Below are positions 49,543 to 59,172 of a DNA stretch of 64,000 nt, piece after piece. The notes under the pieces are model-generated. The model searched no databases. It saw only the letters and a program-made list of their open reading frames with translations, and was not told the origin of the DNA. Made by a program: the position numbers and the translations under genes. Positions within the stretch are counted from its first letter, which is position 1. Each line of letters begins with the position of its first letter. The stretch lies in IMG/VR virus record IMGVR_UViG_3300042914_002167. The stretch is one strand, 5' to 3'. The stretch comes from a virus.

Positions 49543-49905
49543 ATGGCTAAGAAACCTGTATTGAAAGAATCAACACAATACGATAGTTTTATCGGAAAGA
49601 AGAGCGAAGCGTCAAAGCCCGCATCTGTATTTGACTTCATGGACTTGGATGAATCTGAACGTCTGTCTTTGGAGCAACAAGAAGACAAAGAATGGAAGAA
49701 GCATTGGGTTGGTATGCCAGAGTACACTCAAGAAAACAACCCAACATACAAGACAATCTATGTCCACTTTCGGAACAAAGATGACTATGAGGAATTTGCT
49801 AAGTTGATTGATCAACACCTCACTGAGAAAACAAAGTCTATTTGGCATCCGAAACTTGATCGGACAGAGAATGCATTGATGCGTTGGATTGAGGAAGAAC
49901 AGTGA
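49543..49905 (+). CDS. Hypothetical protein, partner of downstream glycosyltransferase
   Basis: WVGMPEYTQ..IYVHF..FAKLIDQ.LTEKTKSIWHP. Confidence 0.7.
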   Translation: MAKKPVLKESTQYDSFIGKKSEASKPASVFDFMDLDESERLSLEQQEDKEWKKHWVGMPEYTQENNPTYKTIYVHFRNKDDYEEFAKLIDQHLTEKTKSIWHPKLDRTENALMRWIEEEQ

Positions 49906-50804
49906 TGAATCCTAGATGGCCAGTCTATATCATCTCAAAGGGTCGCGCAGACTCTATGTTCACTTCTCGTTCGTTGTCGCGAATGAAAGTGCCACACTAC
50001 ATTGCTATTGAGCCTCAAGATGAAGAACTCTATGAGAAAGCCCTAGACAACTTCAGCATCAGAGACTATGTGACTCTGTTGGTTGCTCCTTTCAGCAATC
50101 ACGGTGACGGTCCTGGGCGCGCTAGAAACTGGTGCTGGGATCACTCTATTGAAATTGGAGCAGAAAGGCACTGGGTTTGTGACGATAATATCTCAGACTT
50201 CTATCGGCTGCATCAGAACAAACGTATCCGCGTAGAGTCTGGTGCGATCTTTCGTGCTGCTGAAGACTTTGTAGATCGCTATGAGAATGTTCCCATCGCC
50301 GGCTTTCAGTATCGGTTTTTCATCGCGCCGAATCAAAGTTATCCACCCTATGTGAAGAACACTCGCATATATTCAACCTTACTGATTGACAACAAGTGTA
50401 AGCATCGTTGGCGTGGACGATATAATGAAGACACCGATATTTGCTTGCGGGTACTCAAAGACGGTGACTGCACGATACAATTCAATGCATTCCTACAAGG
50501 AAAAGCGGCCACTCAAACTGTAAAAGGTGGTAATACTGCTGAGTTTTATCATGCTGAGGGCACACAGGACAAGTCAAAGTGGCGAGATGGCACCTTGAAT
50601 CCTGAGGGTACAATCAACAAGTCGCAGATGCTGGTGGACATGCATCCAGATGTCTCCAGAGTCGTTTGGCGCTACGGAAGATGGCACCACTACGTGGACT
50701 ATTCACCTTTCAAGAAAAATGTGTTAAGATACAAGCCTGGAGTTGATGTTCCTAACGGAATCAACAACTACGGCATGCACTTGGAAACAAATTTCAGAGG
50801 ATGA
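49902..50804 (+). CDS. Putative DNA-base glycosyltransferase (TET-associated GT/GREB1-like, GT-A)
   Basis: PVYIISKGR, ARNWCWD, HWVCDDNI, WRGRYNEDTD, KGGNT, RWHHYVD. Confidence 0.65.
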   Translation: MMNPRWPVYIISKGRADSMFTSRSLSRMKVPHYIAIEPQDEELYEKALDNFSIRDYVTLLVAPFSNHGDGPGRARNWCWDHSIEIGAERHWVCDDNISDFYRLHQNKRIRVESGAIFRAAEDFVDRYENVPIAGFQYRFFIAPNQSYPPYVKNTRIYSTLLIDNKCKHRWRGRYNEDTDICLRVLKDGDCTIQFNAFLQGKAATQTVKGGNTAEFYHAEGTQDKSKWRDGTLNPEGTINKSQMLVDMHPDVSRVVWRYGRWHHYVDYSPFKKNVLRYKPGVDVPNGINNYGMHLETNFRG

Positions 50805-50807
50805 AAA

Positions 50808-51428
50808 ATGCATCTATATAGTGAAAACGGCAGACACATTGGTTGGTTTGATAAGAATTCTGTTATTCAAGCAACTAAAGGTCTTCCTAATGTGATATAT
50901 GGGCTAGCTTGCAGTAAAGAAAAGCCGGACAATTCTGTATTGCCTTGTTTTTATGAGGATACATTCTATATTGGAATGTCTGGCGGAATGCATTACGATA
51001 AGAAAAACAGAAAGTATCCAGGCAGTATTCAAATGAATTCTACCAAGAGAATGTTTCAACATAATAAACATCTCTATAATCCAAGAACTAAAGATAAAAA
51101 GTATAGACTATTTCATGAAAAGTATGCTTTGTTTCATAATGATGATCCAGATTTGATGAATTCAGAATTGAGAGTTTGGTATAGTCTTTCTATTCCAAAT
51201 AAAGACATGAATGAGATTTTAACAAAAGCATTTATGCATATGGTAGAAGATGAGTATATTTACTTCTACATCAAAACATTTGGTAATGTTCCGGTGATGA
51301 ATTTAGACCACAAAAGTAGTTCAGAAAAGATTCAAAATAAATCAAATAGAGTCGATAGGAGAGTGCCAAATACACTTTCGCATGATGTTATGAAAGGAAA
51401 TACGCTCTCTGAATTTCTTGTTGCATAA
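50808..51428 (+). CDS. Possible GIY-YIG-superfamily nuclease
   Basis: VIYG..FYIGMS..KRMFQH..E..PVMN spacing; AT-rich. Confidence 0.45.
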   Translation: MHLYSENGRHIGWFDKNSVIQATKGLPNVIYGLACSKEKPDNSVLPCFYEDTFYIGMSGGMHYDKKNRKYPGSIQMNSTKRMFQHNKHLYNPRTKDKKYRLFHEKYALFHNDDPDLMNSELRVWYSLSIPNKDMNEILTKAFMHMVEDEYIYFYIKTFGNVPVMNLDHKSSSEKIQNKSNRVDRRVPNTLSHDVMKGNTLSEFLVA

Positions 51429-51463
51429 AAACAACATAGTTGACTAATCCACTCAACTACCGC

Positions 51464-51491
51464 TTGACCCACCTCCTCATCCATGTATAGT
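51464..51491 (+). promoter_or_regulatory. Early sigma70 promoter
   Basis: (GC)TTGACC, 16 nt, TATAGT. Confidence 0.6.
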
Positions 51492-51516
51492 AGTACCTGT
51501 GATGAGAGAGGTTCTA

Positions 51517-51657
51517 ATGATTCCAAACGACACGATCCCAGCCCAAGAGTGGGATGATGCTTTCGCCGATATGCCGCTGGAAGAAACCTCGGCTTATCGT
51601 GACTGGCTGGCGCGGTTCGAGGCTGAAGCCTTGGCTGCTTGTGAATTCGATATCTGA
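51517..51657 (+). CDS. 46-aa acidic early protein (not in ORF track)
   Basis: GAGG SD; MIPNDTIPAQEWDDAFADMPLEETSAYRDWLARFEAEALAACEFDI. Confidence 0.65.
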   Translation: MIPNDTIPAQEWDDAFADMPLEETSAYRDWLARFEAEALAACEFDI

Positions 51658-51666
51658 GAGGTTATC

Positions 51667-52101
51667 ATGGGTCAGACTACCACAATCCACACCATCTACG
51701 GCGTTTCCAAGGCTAAGACCGACAAGGCTATCCTTGTTGAGATTGAAGACAACGGCTCGGCTAAACAGTCCTGGATGCCGTTGTCTGTTGCTGCTGTTAA
51801 GTTCATCGGCAAGAATTTCCAAGTCAAGGTGACCGTTCCTGGCTGGTTCTTCCGCAAGATAGCATGGAAGGCTCCTCAGCCTTTCACTCCTAAGGCTAAG
51901 CCTGCGGCTCCTAAGAATCCTTACATCGGTTCCGACGTTGGTAACATGATGGAAGAACAGATGATTCTGTCAGAACAGATTGACGCCTACCAAGAAGGCG
52001 CATTCGGTGAAGGTCTTGAACAGGATCGCATCATGCAAGACCTGTCCCGTCGAATCGAAATGATTCGGGAAGCTGTTGCTTTTGCGCAACAAACTGCTTG
52101 A
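51667..52101 (+). CDS. Hypothetical early protein
   Basis: GAGG SD; KTDKAILV..WMPLS..VPGWF small beta-domain. Confidence 0.75.
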   Translation: MGQTTTIHTIYGVSKAKTDKAILVEIEDNGSAKQSWMPLSVAAVKFIGKNFQVKVTVPGWFFRKIAWKAPQPFTPKAKPAAPKNPYIGSDVGNMMEEQMILSEQIDAYQEGAFGEGLEQDRIMQDLSRRIEMIREAVAFAQQTA

Positions 52102-52126
52102 CAAGTCACCCGATCCGCGCTAGAAT
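52098..52126 (+). promoter_or_regulatory. Early sigma70 promoter
   Basis: (GC)TTGACA, 17 nt, TAGAAT. Confidence 0.85.
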
Positions 52127-52153
52127 GTATTCATTAGATCGGAGAACATAGAA

Positions 52154-54373
52154 ATGTCCCTTCAGCAAACCAAATCCATTCTAGCCAAACTTCTGGCTAC
52201 CGAGAACATCAAAGTGGAGTTTCGCAAAGTCGAGACTGCGTGTTTTGATGTCAAGACTCGCACCATGACTCTGCCCCTGTGGGATGATATGTCTTCGGAA
52301 CTCTATGACCTGCTTGGCGGGCATGAAGTCGGTCACGCACTACACACTCCAGCGCAAGGCTGGCATGATGCTCTTGATGAGAAGATTGGTAAGAACTTCA
52401 AGACCTTCCTCAATGTGATTGAGGACGCTCGGATTGAGCGCAAGATCAAAGAAAAGTTTCCTGGCATTCGCAAGTCCTTCTTCAAGGGCTACGGTGAACT
52501 TCTGGAGAAGAACTTCTTTGGTATTCGCGATGTTGATATCAACGGTCTTCTGTTGATCGACCGCATCAACCTGCATTACAAGATCGGTTCTCTGGCTGGC
52601 GTTGACTTCTCTTCGGATGAACAAGTCTTTATCCGTCGCATTGACGTGGCTGAGACTTGGGCTGAAGTTGTTCAGATTGCCAAGGATTTGTTTGCATACT
52701 GCAAGCAAGAAATGGAAGAGATGCGCCAAGAACAAATGGAGCGCATGATGTCCATGAAGATGAATGACTTCGGTGAGTCTGGCGACAGTGAGCAAGGCGA
52801 GAAGTCCGAAGGAGACGCTGATGGGGAGTCAGAAGATGATGACGGCTTTGACTTCAGCGACTACGGCGATGATGAGCTGGACAGTGGCGATGAGGAGTCA
52901 TCTGCTGGCGATCCTCAAGACTCCGACGATTCTGAGGAACAACTGAAGGGTGCTGGTGGTACTGGATACTCTCACGTATATGAGGGTCAAGAAGAGCCTG
53001 TTTCTATCACCGATAAGAACTTCCAAGAGAAGGTGAAGACTCTTGCTCAAGGTAAGACTGTTCAAAACGGTTTCTTGCCCGGCTTCGCGAAGACCGATGT
53101 TAGCAAGGTTGTGGTTGACTGGCGTAAGATGTACGGCAACGTTGCCGACGGTTCTTCGGAATACTACAAGACTACTGCTTTCACTGAGTTTGAATCCAAG
53201 AACAAGAATGCCATCTCTTACCTTGTCAAGGAATTTGAGATGCGCAAGCGGGCTGCTGAGTTGCGCCGTGTGTCAATCTCTGACACTGGTATGATTGATA
53301 CTAACCTGCTGCATTCCTACAAGTTCTCGGACAACATCTTCCGCAAGATCGCTACTGTTGCAGAAGGCAAGAATCACGGGCTTGTTGCGATGGTTGACTG
53401 GTCTGGTTCCATGCAGAATAACCTGTACGGCAGCGTTGAACAGTTCCTGATTCTGACGATGTTCTGTCGTAAGTTGAACATTCCGTTTGAAGTGTACGCC
53501 TTCAGCGACAACCATGTTCAACCAGATGCATTTCAGTGGATGGACTTCTCTGCGCCGAACGTGATTGACCTGCGTCAAGGCTTCCAGTTGCTGAATTTGA
53601 TGTCCAGTCGGATGAGCAACCTTGCATTCCGTAAGATGGCTAATGATCTTCTGAATGTTGCGGCTGCGTATTCTGGGTACGGTGAAAATCACGGATACTA
53701 CGCCCGCGCGCGGCTTGACGGGATTGTAAATTCTAAGATCACACTTGGTGGTACTCCGCTGAATGCGTCAATCGTAGCCTTGTCTAAGGTTGTTGCAGAC
53801 TTCCGCGTCAAGAATCGTCTGGAGATCGTAAACACGGTTATCCTGACTGACGGTGAAGACTCTGACTATCTTTACACTCTGAACAGCACCGAAAAGTATC
53901 GTGGGCTGTATCAAGAGAGTGCTCACACCGTTTCTTATATCTTTGATGATGAGACTAAGAGGAGTTACAGGATCGGCCCTAAGGGTGTGACTCCGACCCT
54001 TCTTGAAATTCTCAAGGCTCGGACTGGCACCAATCTTGTTGGTTTCTATGTGGTCACCAACAATAAGAAGCATTTTGATCAGGCTGTATATCGTCTGAAC
54101 AACAGTATGCTTCAACCCGCCCGCGAAAAGGCTCTGCGTGAATTTCGCGAAAACGGTGTGTACACAATGGAAGGTTGGGGTTACGATGAATACTATATGA
54201 TTCCTGGTGGTAAGGCGATGGAAGCCTCTGATGATAGTCTTGAAGATATCCTCAAGGACGACACTGGCGGTAAGGTTAGCACTCGCCGCCTGAGTGGTGC
54301 GTTCCTGAAACTTAACCAAAATCGATTGAACTCCCGAATCCTATTGAAAAAATTCATCGAAAAGACCACCTAA
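52154..54373 (+). CDS. Metallopeptidase-like / vWA domain protein (CobT-like)
   Basis: HEVGH, NVIEDARIE, acidic linker, DWSGSM MIDAS, GGTPL, LTDGE. Confidence 0.85.
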   Translation: MSLQQTKSILAKLLATENIKVEFRKVETACFDVKTRTMTLPLWDDMSSELYDLLGGHEVGHALHTPAQGWHDALDEKIGKNFKTFLNVIEDARIERKIKEKFPGIRKSFFKGYGELLEKNFFGIRDVDINGLLLIDRINLHYKIGSLAGVDFSSDEQVFIRRIDVAETWAEVVQIAKDLFAYCKQEMEEMRQEQMERMMSMKMNDFGESGDSEQGEKSEGDADGESEDDDGFDFSDYGDDELDSGDEESSAGDPQDSDDSEEQLKGAGGTGYSHVYEGQEEPVSITDKNFQEKVKTLAQGKTVQNGFLPGFAKTDVSKVVVDWRKMYGNVADGSSEYYKTTAFTEFESKNKNAISYLVKEFEMRKRAAELRRVSISDTGMIDTNLLHSYKFSDNIFRKIATVAEGKNHGLVAMVDWSGSMQNNLYGSVEQFLILTMFCRKLNIPFEVYAFSDNHVQPDAFQWMDFSAPNVIDLRQGFQLLNLMSSRMSNLAFRKMANDLLNVAAAYSGYGENHGYYARARLDGIVNSKITLGGTPLNASIVALSKVVADFRVKNRLEIVNTVILTDGEDSDYLYTLNSTEKYRGLYQESAHTVSYIFDDETKRSYRIGPKGVTPTLLEILKARTGTNLVGFYVVTNNKKHFDQAVYRLNNSMLQPAREKALREFRENGVYTMEGWGYDEYYMIPGGKAMEASDDSLEDILKDDTGGKVSTRRLSGAFLKLNQNRLNSRILLKKFIEKTT

Positions 54374-54378
54374 AGCGC

Positions 54379-54407
54379 TTGACGGGTGGTAAAAAGTGAT
54401 GTATACT
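54379..54407 (+). promoter_or_regulatory. Early sigma70 promoter
   Basis: (GC)TTGACG, 17 nt, TATACT. Confidence 0.8.
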
Positions 54408-54441
54408 GGATCTATTGATTGATAAAGAAAGGCTCTAAATC

Positions 54442-55620
54442 ATGTTTACCGTGTCTGAGAAAGTTGCGTATCTGACTGAAGCCGCAAGCCGTTTCGGCGG
54501 TGAGGCTTCCCGTGACCAACTGGCTAGTCTGGCTGCTGAGGGTTTTCCTAAGCATCTCTGGCTTCAGAACAAAGAGTATCGCACCGGGCGTGGCATGTAT
54601 CGCCTGCCTCTGCAAGAGTTTGGCATTGATATGGCTCGACTTGCAGTTGTGCCTAAAGCAGCGGCTGAGACTCCTGTTTTTGCTCCTGTTGTTGCTCAAC
54701 CTCAAGTGCAACAGAAATCCATCTCTACGGTGGCTAAGTTCACCGACAAGGCGATTGTACCTTCTCGCGATCCTCTGTTCGTAGAATTTGGCTTCTTTGA
54801 TAAGATGAAGATGGTGATCAAGTCTAGGCAGTTCTACCCAGTCTTTGTGTCTGGTCTGTCTGGTAACGGTAAGACAATGATGGTTGAACAAGCCTGCGCG
54901 GCTCTTCAACGTGAGTATCTGCGAGTCAACATCTCTCCCGAGACTTGCGAAGATGACCTGATTGGTGGCTTTCGTCTGATTGATGGAGAGACTCGCTGGT
55001 ACGATGGTCCTGTTATCCAGGCTATGAAGTCTGGCGCAATTCTGTGCTTGGACGAGATTGACCGTGGATCTAATAAGCTAATGTGCCTGCAAGCTATTCT
55101 GGAAGGTAAGCCCTACCTGATCAAGAAGACTGGCGAGTATGTTCAACCGGCTGCTGGTTTCAACATTGTTGCTACTGCTAACACCAAGGGCAAGGGCGAT
55201 GAAACTGGTCGCTTCATGGCCGCGACGATTCTGGACGATGCCTTCCTTGAGCGTTTCCCGATCACGGTTGAGCAAGAATATCCTGACGTCAAGATAGAGA
55301 CTAAGATTCTGAGCCGAGTCTTTGACAGTCTTGGGCTGACTGATAAGGAGTTCGCAGTCAATCTTGTCAAGTGGGCTGATATCATCCGCAAGACCTTCAC
55401 TGAAGGTGCCATTGATGAGGTGATCGCAACTCGGCGTCTGGTCCACATCGCCAAGGCTTTCCAAATCTTCGGTGATCGCATGGCTGCGATTCAGTTCTGT
55501 ATCAACCGCTTTGATACCGAAACTAAGACTGCTTTCTTGGACCTCTACACCAAGATCGATGCGACTGAGACTGCACCTGCTGCACAGCCTGTAAGTCAGA
55601 ATCAGGAAGTGCCTTTTTAA
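54442..55620 (+). CDS. cobS: MoxR/CobS-like AAA+ ATPase
   Basis: GLSGNGKT, EDDLIGGFRL, LDEID, ATANTKG, AFLERF. Confidence 0.9.
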   Translation: MFTVSEKVAYLTEAASRFGGEASRDQLASLAAEGFPKHLWLQNKEYRTGRGMYRLPLQEFGIDMARLAVVPKAAAETPVFAPVVAQPQVQQKSISTVAKFTDKAIVPSRDPLFVEFGFFDKMKMVIKSRQFYPVFVSGLSGNGKTMMVEQACAALQREYLRVNISPETCEDDLIGGFRLIDGETRWYDGPVIQAMKSGAILCLDEIDRGSNKLMCLQAILEGKPYLIKKTGEYVQPAAGFNIVATANTKGKGDETGRFMAATILDDAFLERFPITVEQEYPDVKIETKILSRVFDSLGLTDKEFAVNLVKWADIIRKTFTEGAIDEVIATRRLVHIAKAFQIFGDRMAAIQFCINRFDTETKTAFLDLYTKIDATETAPAAQPVSQNQEVPF

Positions 55621-55643
55621 TTTTCTCCTGGCATAACTGCCTT

Positions 55644-55670
55644 AGAGACCACGAAAGTGGTCTCTTTTTT
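55644..55670 (+). terminator. Intrinsic terminator ending the early island
   Basis: AGAGACCAC-GAAA-GTGGTCTCT plus T-tract. Confidence 0.92.
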
Positions 55671-55709
55671 CATATATAAGAGTACACATCCTAACATTAT
55701 GGAGATACT

Positions 55710-56549
55710 ATGGAACTTGAATTGAATCTAGAACAGCTACGACAAAAGAAATTATTCATTGCAACACCGATGTATGGTGGGCAATGTCATGGATCATACA
55801 CTAAAGCGGTGGCTGATCTAATGACAGTGTGTACCAAGTATGGAATTGATGCCCGTCTATTCTTCATCTTCAATGAATCATTGATCACTCGGGCTAGAAA
55901 TTATCTTGCAGATGAGTTTATCCGAAGTGATATGGATTATCTGTTCTTCATTGACAGTGACATTCATTTTGAGGCACAAGATGTTCTTGTCATGATGCAC
56001 CACGCAGTGAACAATCCAGAAATGGAAATCTTATGTGGAGCATATCCTAAGAAGACTATTTCTTGGGAGAAGATCAAAATGGCTGTTGATAAGGGTTTCG
56101 CCGACAAAAATCCAAACGTTCTTGATGAGTTTGTTGGGGACTATGTTTTCAATCCTATTGACGGAGTTACAACATTTAGAATTGATACTCCCATTCAAGT
56201 GAAAGAAGGTGGAACTGGATTCATGTTGATTCAAAGGAGCGCATTCGCTAAAATGGATGTTGCTTATCCTGAATTGCTTTACAAACCAGATCATGTTCGC
56301 ACTAAGAACTTTGATGGAAGTCGCGAGATCATGGCATACTTTGATACGGTGATTGATCCAAAGTCTAAACGATATTTGTCGGAAGACTACATGTTTTGTC
56401 AGTGGGCACGAAATGCTGGTTCTCAGGTTTGGATGCTACCCTGGATCAAGTTGAAGCATGCAGGAAACTACATCTTCGGTGGCTCCTTAGCAGCCCTAGC
56501 AGCCGTTGGCGCAAGCCCAACAGCCGATTCAACTGTGAAAAAGAGATAA
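55710..56549 (+). CDS. GT-A fold glycosyltransferase-like protein
   Basis: FIATPMYGG, ESLITRARN, FIDSDI (DxD), GTGFMLI, LSEDYMFC. Confidence 0.7.
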   Translation: MELELNLEQLRQKKLFIATPMYGGQCHGSYTKAVADLMTVCTKYGIDARLFFIFNESLITRARNYLADEFIRSDMDYLFFIDSDIHFEAQDVLVMMHHAVNNPEMEILCGAYPKKTISWEKIKMAVDKGFADKNPNVLDEFVGDYVFNPIDGVTTFRIDTPIQVKEGGTGFMLIQRSAFAKMDVAYPELLYKPDHVRTKNFDGSREIMAYFDTVIDPKSKRYLSEDYMFCQWARNAGSQVWMLPWIKLKHAGNYIFGGSLAALAAVGASPTADSTVKKR

Positions 56550-56551
56550 GC

Positions 56552-56749
56552 ATGATTGACAAGAATGTAGCTAGTGTAGTACAATTACTAGCAACTCGTA
56601 TGGAAGTTGGATTCAAGAAGTACGGTGTAACAACTGAGAGGAAAGACATTGATCTTCTTGGCTGGTTGCAACATCTTCAAGAGGAACTTCTAGATGCCGC
56701 AGTTTATATTGAACGACTAAAACAAGAGGTAAATAATGAAACTAAGTGA
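56552..56749 (+). CDS. Small all-alpha NTP-pyrophosphatase-like protein
   Basis: GFKKYG..WLQHLQEELLDAAVY. Confidence 0.55.
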   Translation: MIDKNVASVVQLLATRMEVGFKKYGVTTERKDIDLLGWLQHLQEELLDAAVYIERLKQEVNNETK

Positions 56750-57404
56750 AAGCACCCTAACATATCTGAAGAACTTCTCTTCAATCAACTCTGGCATTGT
56801 ATTCCAAGAGGGCAATGTCATTAGAACAATTTCAAAGCAGCAAAACATCCTAGCTAAAGCTACTGTTGAAGAAACTTTCACCGACAAGTTTGCCATCTAT
56901 GATCTGAATAGGTTCCTCGCTTTGATCGGTTCCCTAAGTGATCCTTCCCTTGACATCTCTTCAGAGAAGAAGAACATCAAGATCAAGTCTGGATCATCTC
57001 AGACTGTATATGGGCTGTCTGATGAATCTCTTGTTGTTACTGCACCAGCAAAGGATCTGAAAGTCTCAGGAGAAGTCAAGTTCACTCTGTCTAAAGATGT
57101 CATGTCTTCAGTTCTAAAGATGGCAGGCATTCTTGGTCTTCCAAACATCTCAGTACGCGGCGACAGGAATGTCGTTTCCGTTGCAGCAGTGGATGTGAAG
57201 AATCCAGACTCCGATGTGTTTAGCGTGGAAGTAGGTAAGACAAAGACTGAGTTTGAAATGATCTTCTCTACAGAGAACTTCAAGATGATTCCTGGCGACT
57301 ATGAAGTGACAATCTCCTCAAAGGGCATCTCACATCTGAAGAACACAAAAGAGCCGATTGAATACTGGATCGCAATTGAATCTGGTTCTCGCTATGCCGA
57401 GTGA
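56736..57404 (+). CDS. gp45: Sliding clamp gp45
   Basis: MKLSESTL..LKNFSSIN, FAIYDLNRFL, YWIAIE. Confidence 0.95.
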   Translation: MKLSESTLTYLKNFSSINSGIVFQEGNVIRTISKQQNILAKATVEETFTDKFAIYDLNRFLALIGSLSDPSLDISSEKKNIKIKSGSSQTVYGLSDESLVVTAPAKDLKVSGEVKFTLSKDVMSSVLKMAGILGLPNISVRGDRNVVSVAAVDVKNPDSDVFSVEVGKTKTEFEMIFSTENFKMIPGDYEVTISSKGISHLKNTKEPIEYWIAIESGSRYAE

Positions 57405-57423
57405 CAATACGGAGGATTTTATT

Positions 57424-57711
57424 ATGAGTCAACAAGTGCAATCCACGGGCATTGCAATTCCATCTTCGCCTGCTGATCGGCAGGCTATCAAGAATGCTCT
57501 TCAAGAGATTTCAAACTCTCTTACTCGCATTGAGGGTGAGCGTGACCTGATCAAGGACATTCTTCAGACTGTTCAGGACAATCAGAGCATTCCTAAGAAG
57601 TATGTGCGCAAGCTAGCTAAGATTTACCACAAGCAAAACTTCACCGAAGTCCAACAGGAACAGGAAGACGTTGAAGCACTGTATGAGACTGTGACAAGTC
57701 CAAACGTATGA
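57424..57711 (+). CDS. dsbA: dsDNA-binding protein, T4 DsbA-like
   Basis: GGAGG SD; EISNSLTRIEGERDLIK..RKLAKIYHKQNF. Confidence 0.75.
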   Translation: MSQQVQSTGIAIPSSPADRQAIKNALQEISNSLTRIEGERDLIKDILQTVQDNQSIPKKYVRKLAKIYHKQNFTEVQQEQEDVEALYETVTSPNV

Positions 57712-58175
57712 TGTACTTTCCTGCTGTCGATTTCTCAAACAAAGAGTTTGAGAAAACCCTGACAGACTTCTATAAGTCAGATGAGTGGATGAATCTGAGA
57801 AATGATTTTAAGTCAAAAATGTCTCAATTCTGTCCTGTGTGTGGTTCTGAAGAGAAACTGATCGTCGATCACATCAATCCAATAAGATTTTTCTGGGAAC
57901 AGAGATTAGAAGAAAACAATCTTCAAATGCTATGTTCTGAGTGTAATCTAGAGAAGGGATATGGTATAGGATGGTCTTTACAGTGGCATATAGACAGTAA
58001 AAAAAGATTTGCAAAAAAGAAAGAGATGGACAGATTCAGATACTTTGAGCCAAAGAAAAAAAGGAACATAGTTCAAGAAGACGAAGTTCCTCCAGTAAAA
58101 ATCAAGTCTACAGAAAGTTCCAAAAAAATAAGAATTGTGAAGAAAGATGGAACAATCATAGAAAGAACCATCTGA
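57708..58175 (+). CDS. HNH endonuclease
   Basis: FYKSDEW..CPVCG..VDHINP..NNLQMLCSECN. Confidence 0.88.
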   Translation: MMYFPAVDFSNKEFEKTLTDFYKSDEWMNLRNDFKSKMSQFCPVCGSEEKLIVDHINPIRFFWEQRLEENNLQMLCSECNLEKGYGIGWSLQWHIDSKKRFAKKKEMDRFRYFEPKKKRNIVQEDEVPPVKIKSTESSKKIRIVKKDGTIIERTI

Positions 58176-58204
58176 TTGCATTCTAACACTGTACGTGTTA
58201 CAAT
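58176..58204 (+). promoter_or_regulatory. sigma70-type promoter before gp44
   Basis: TTGCAT, 17 nt, TG-n-TACAAT. Confidence 0.55.
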
Positions 58205-58233
58205 GTTTTTTTATGTTATGAATGGAGTGACTC

Positions 58234-59172
58234 ATGCTACAAGACTTCTTGTGGGTTGAAAAGTATCGCCCAAAGAAAGTGGCAGATACAATTCTGCCGG
58301 ACGATCTAAAGCAAACTTTCCAGCAGTTTGTGAACAACAAAGAGATTCCCAATCTCATCCTAGCCGGTGGACCTGGTATCGGTAAGACGACAATCGCCAA
58401 GGCAATGCTAGAGGAGATTGGTTGCTCTTACATTGTGATCAATGGTTCTATGAACGGTAACATCGACACACTACGCAATGAAATCAAAAACTTTGCATCA
58501 ACCGTTTCCTTCTCTGGTGGTAGAAAATATGTCATCCTTGATGAGGCTGATTATCTCAATCCGCAGTCTACGCAACCTGCTCTTCGCAACTTCATGGAAG
58601 AGTTTTCTGCTAATTGTGGCTTTATCCTTACTTGCAACTTTCTCAATCGTATCATCACGCCTCTACACAGCAGATGCTCCGTTATACAGTTCAAGATAAA
58701 CAAGGCTGATCGCCCTAAACTTGCAACACAGTTCTTTGGGCGAGTGATGAAGATTCTCAAGACTGAGAACATTGAATTTGATCCGAAAGTTCTTCCTGAG
58801 TTGATCATGAAGTTCTTTCCTGATTGGCGTCGAGTTCTCAATGAACTTCAACGCTACTCAGCGACTGGTAAGATTGACTCTGGCATTCTAGCCAACGTCA
58901 AAGATGTCTCACTGAAGAATCTTGCATCTGCATTGAAAGAGAAAGACTTCTCTACGATGCGCAAGTGGGTTGTTGAGAATCTGGACAATGATCCAGCAGC
59001 AATCTTTCGCAACATCTTTGACACTGCGAATGAACATCTTCAACCAAACTCCATTCCACAGTTGGTGATTCTTCTTGCAGACTATCAGTATAAGTCTGCG
59101 TTCGTCACGGATCAAGAAATCAATCTCGTTGCTTTTCTGACTGAAGTCATGGCATCATGTGAGTTCAAATGA
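58234..59172 (+). CDS. gp44: Clamp loader large subunit gp44
   Basis: LWVEKYRP, GPGIGKTT, ILDEAD, LHSRC. Confidence 0.97.
   Translation: MLQDFLWVEKYRPKKVADTILPDDLKQTFQQFVNNKEIPNLILAGGPGIGKTTIAKAMLEEIGCSYIVINGSMNGNIDTLRNEIKNFASTVSFSGGRKYVILDEADYLNPQSTQPALRNFMEEFSANCGFILTCNFLNRIITPLHSRCSVIQFKINKADRPKLATQFFGRVMKILKTENIEFDPKVLPELIMKFFPDWRRVLNELQRYSATGKIDSGILANVKDVSLKNLASALKEKDFSTMRKWVVENLDNDPAAIFRNIFDTANEHLQPNSIPQLVILLADYQYKSAFVTDQEINLVAFLTEVMASCEFK

Noticed and set aside
52340-55481. Several 110-180 aa minus-strand ORFs in the early island
   Set aside because: Expected antisense shadows of GC-richer, codon-biased genes
52154-55620. Cobalamin biosynthesis from CobS/CobT-like genes
   Set aside because: No CobN or other cob genes; better explained as a generic MoxR-vWA pair
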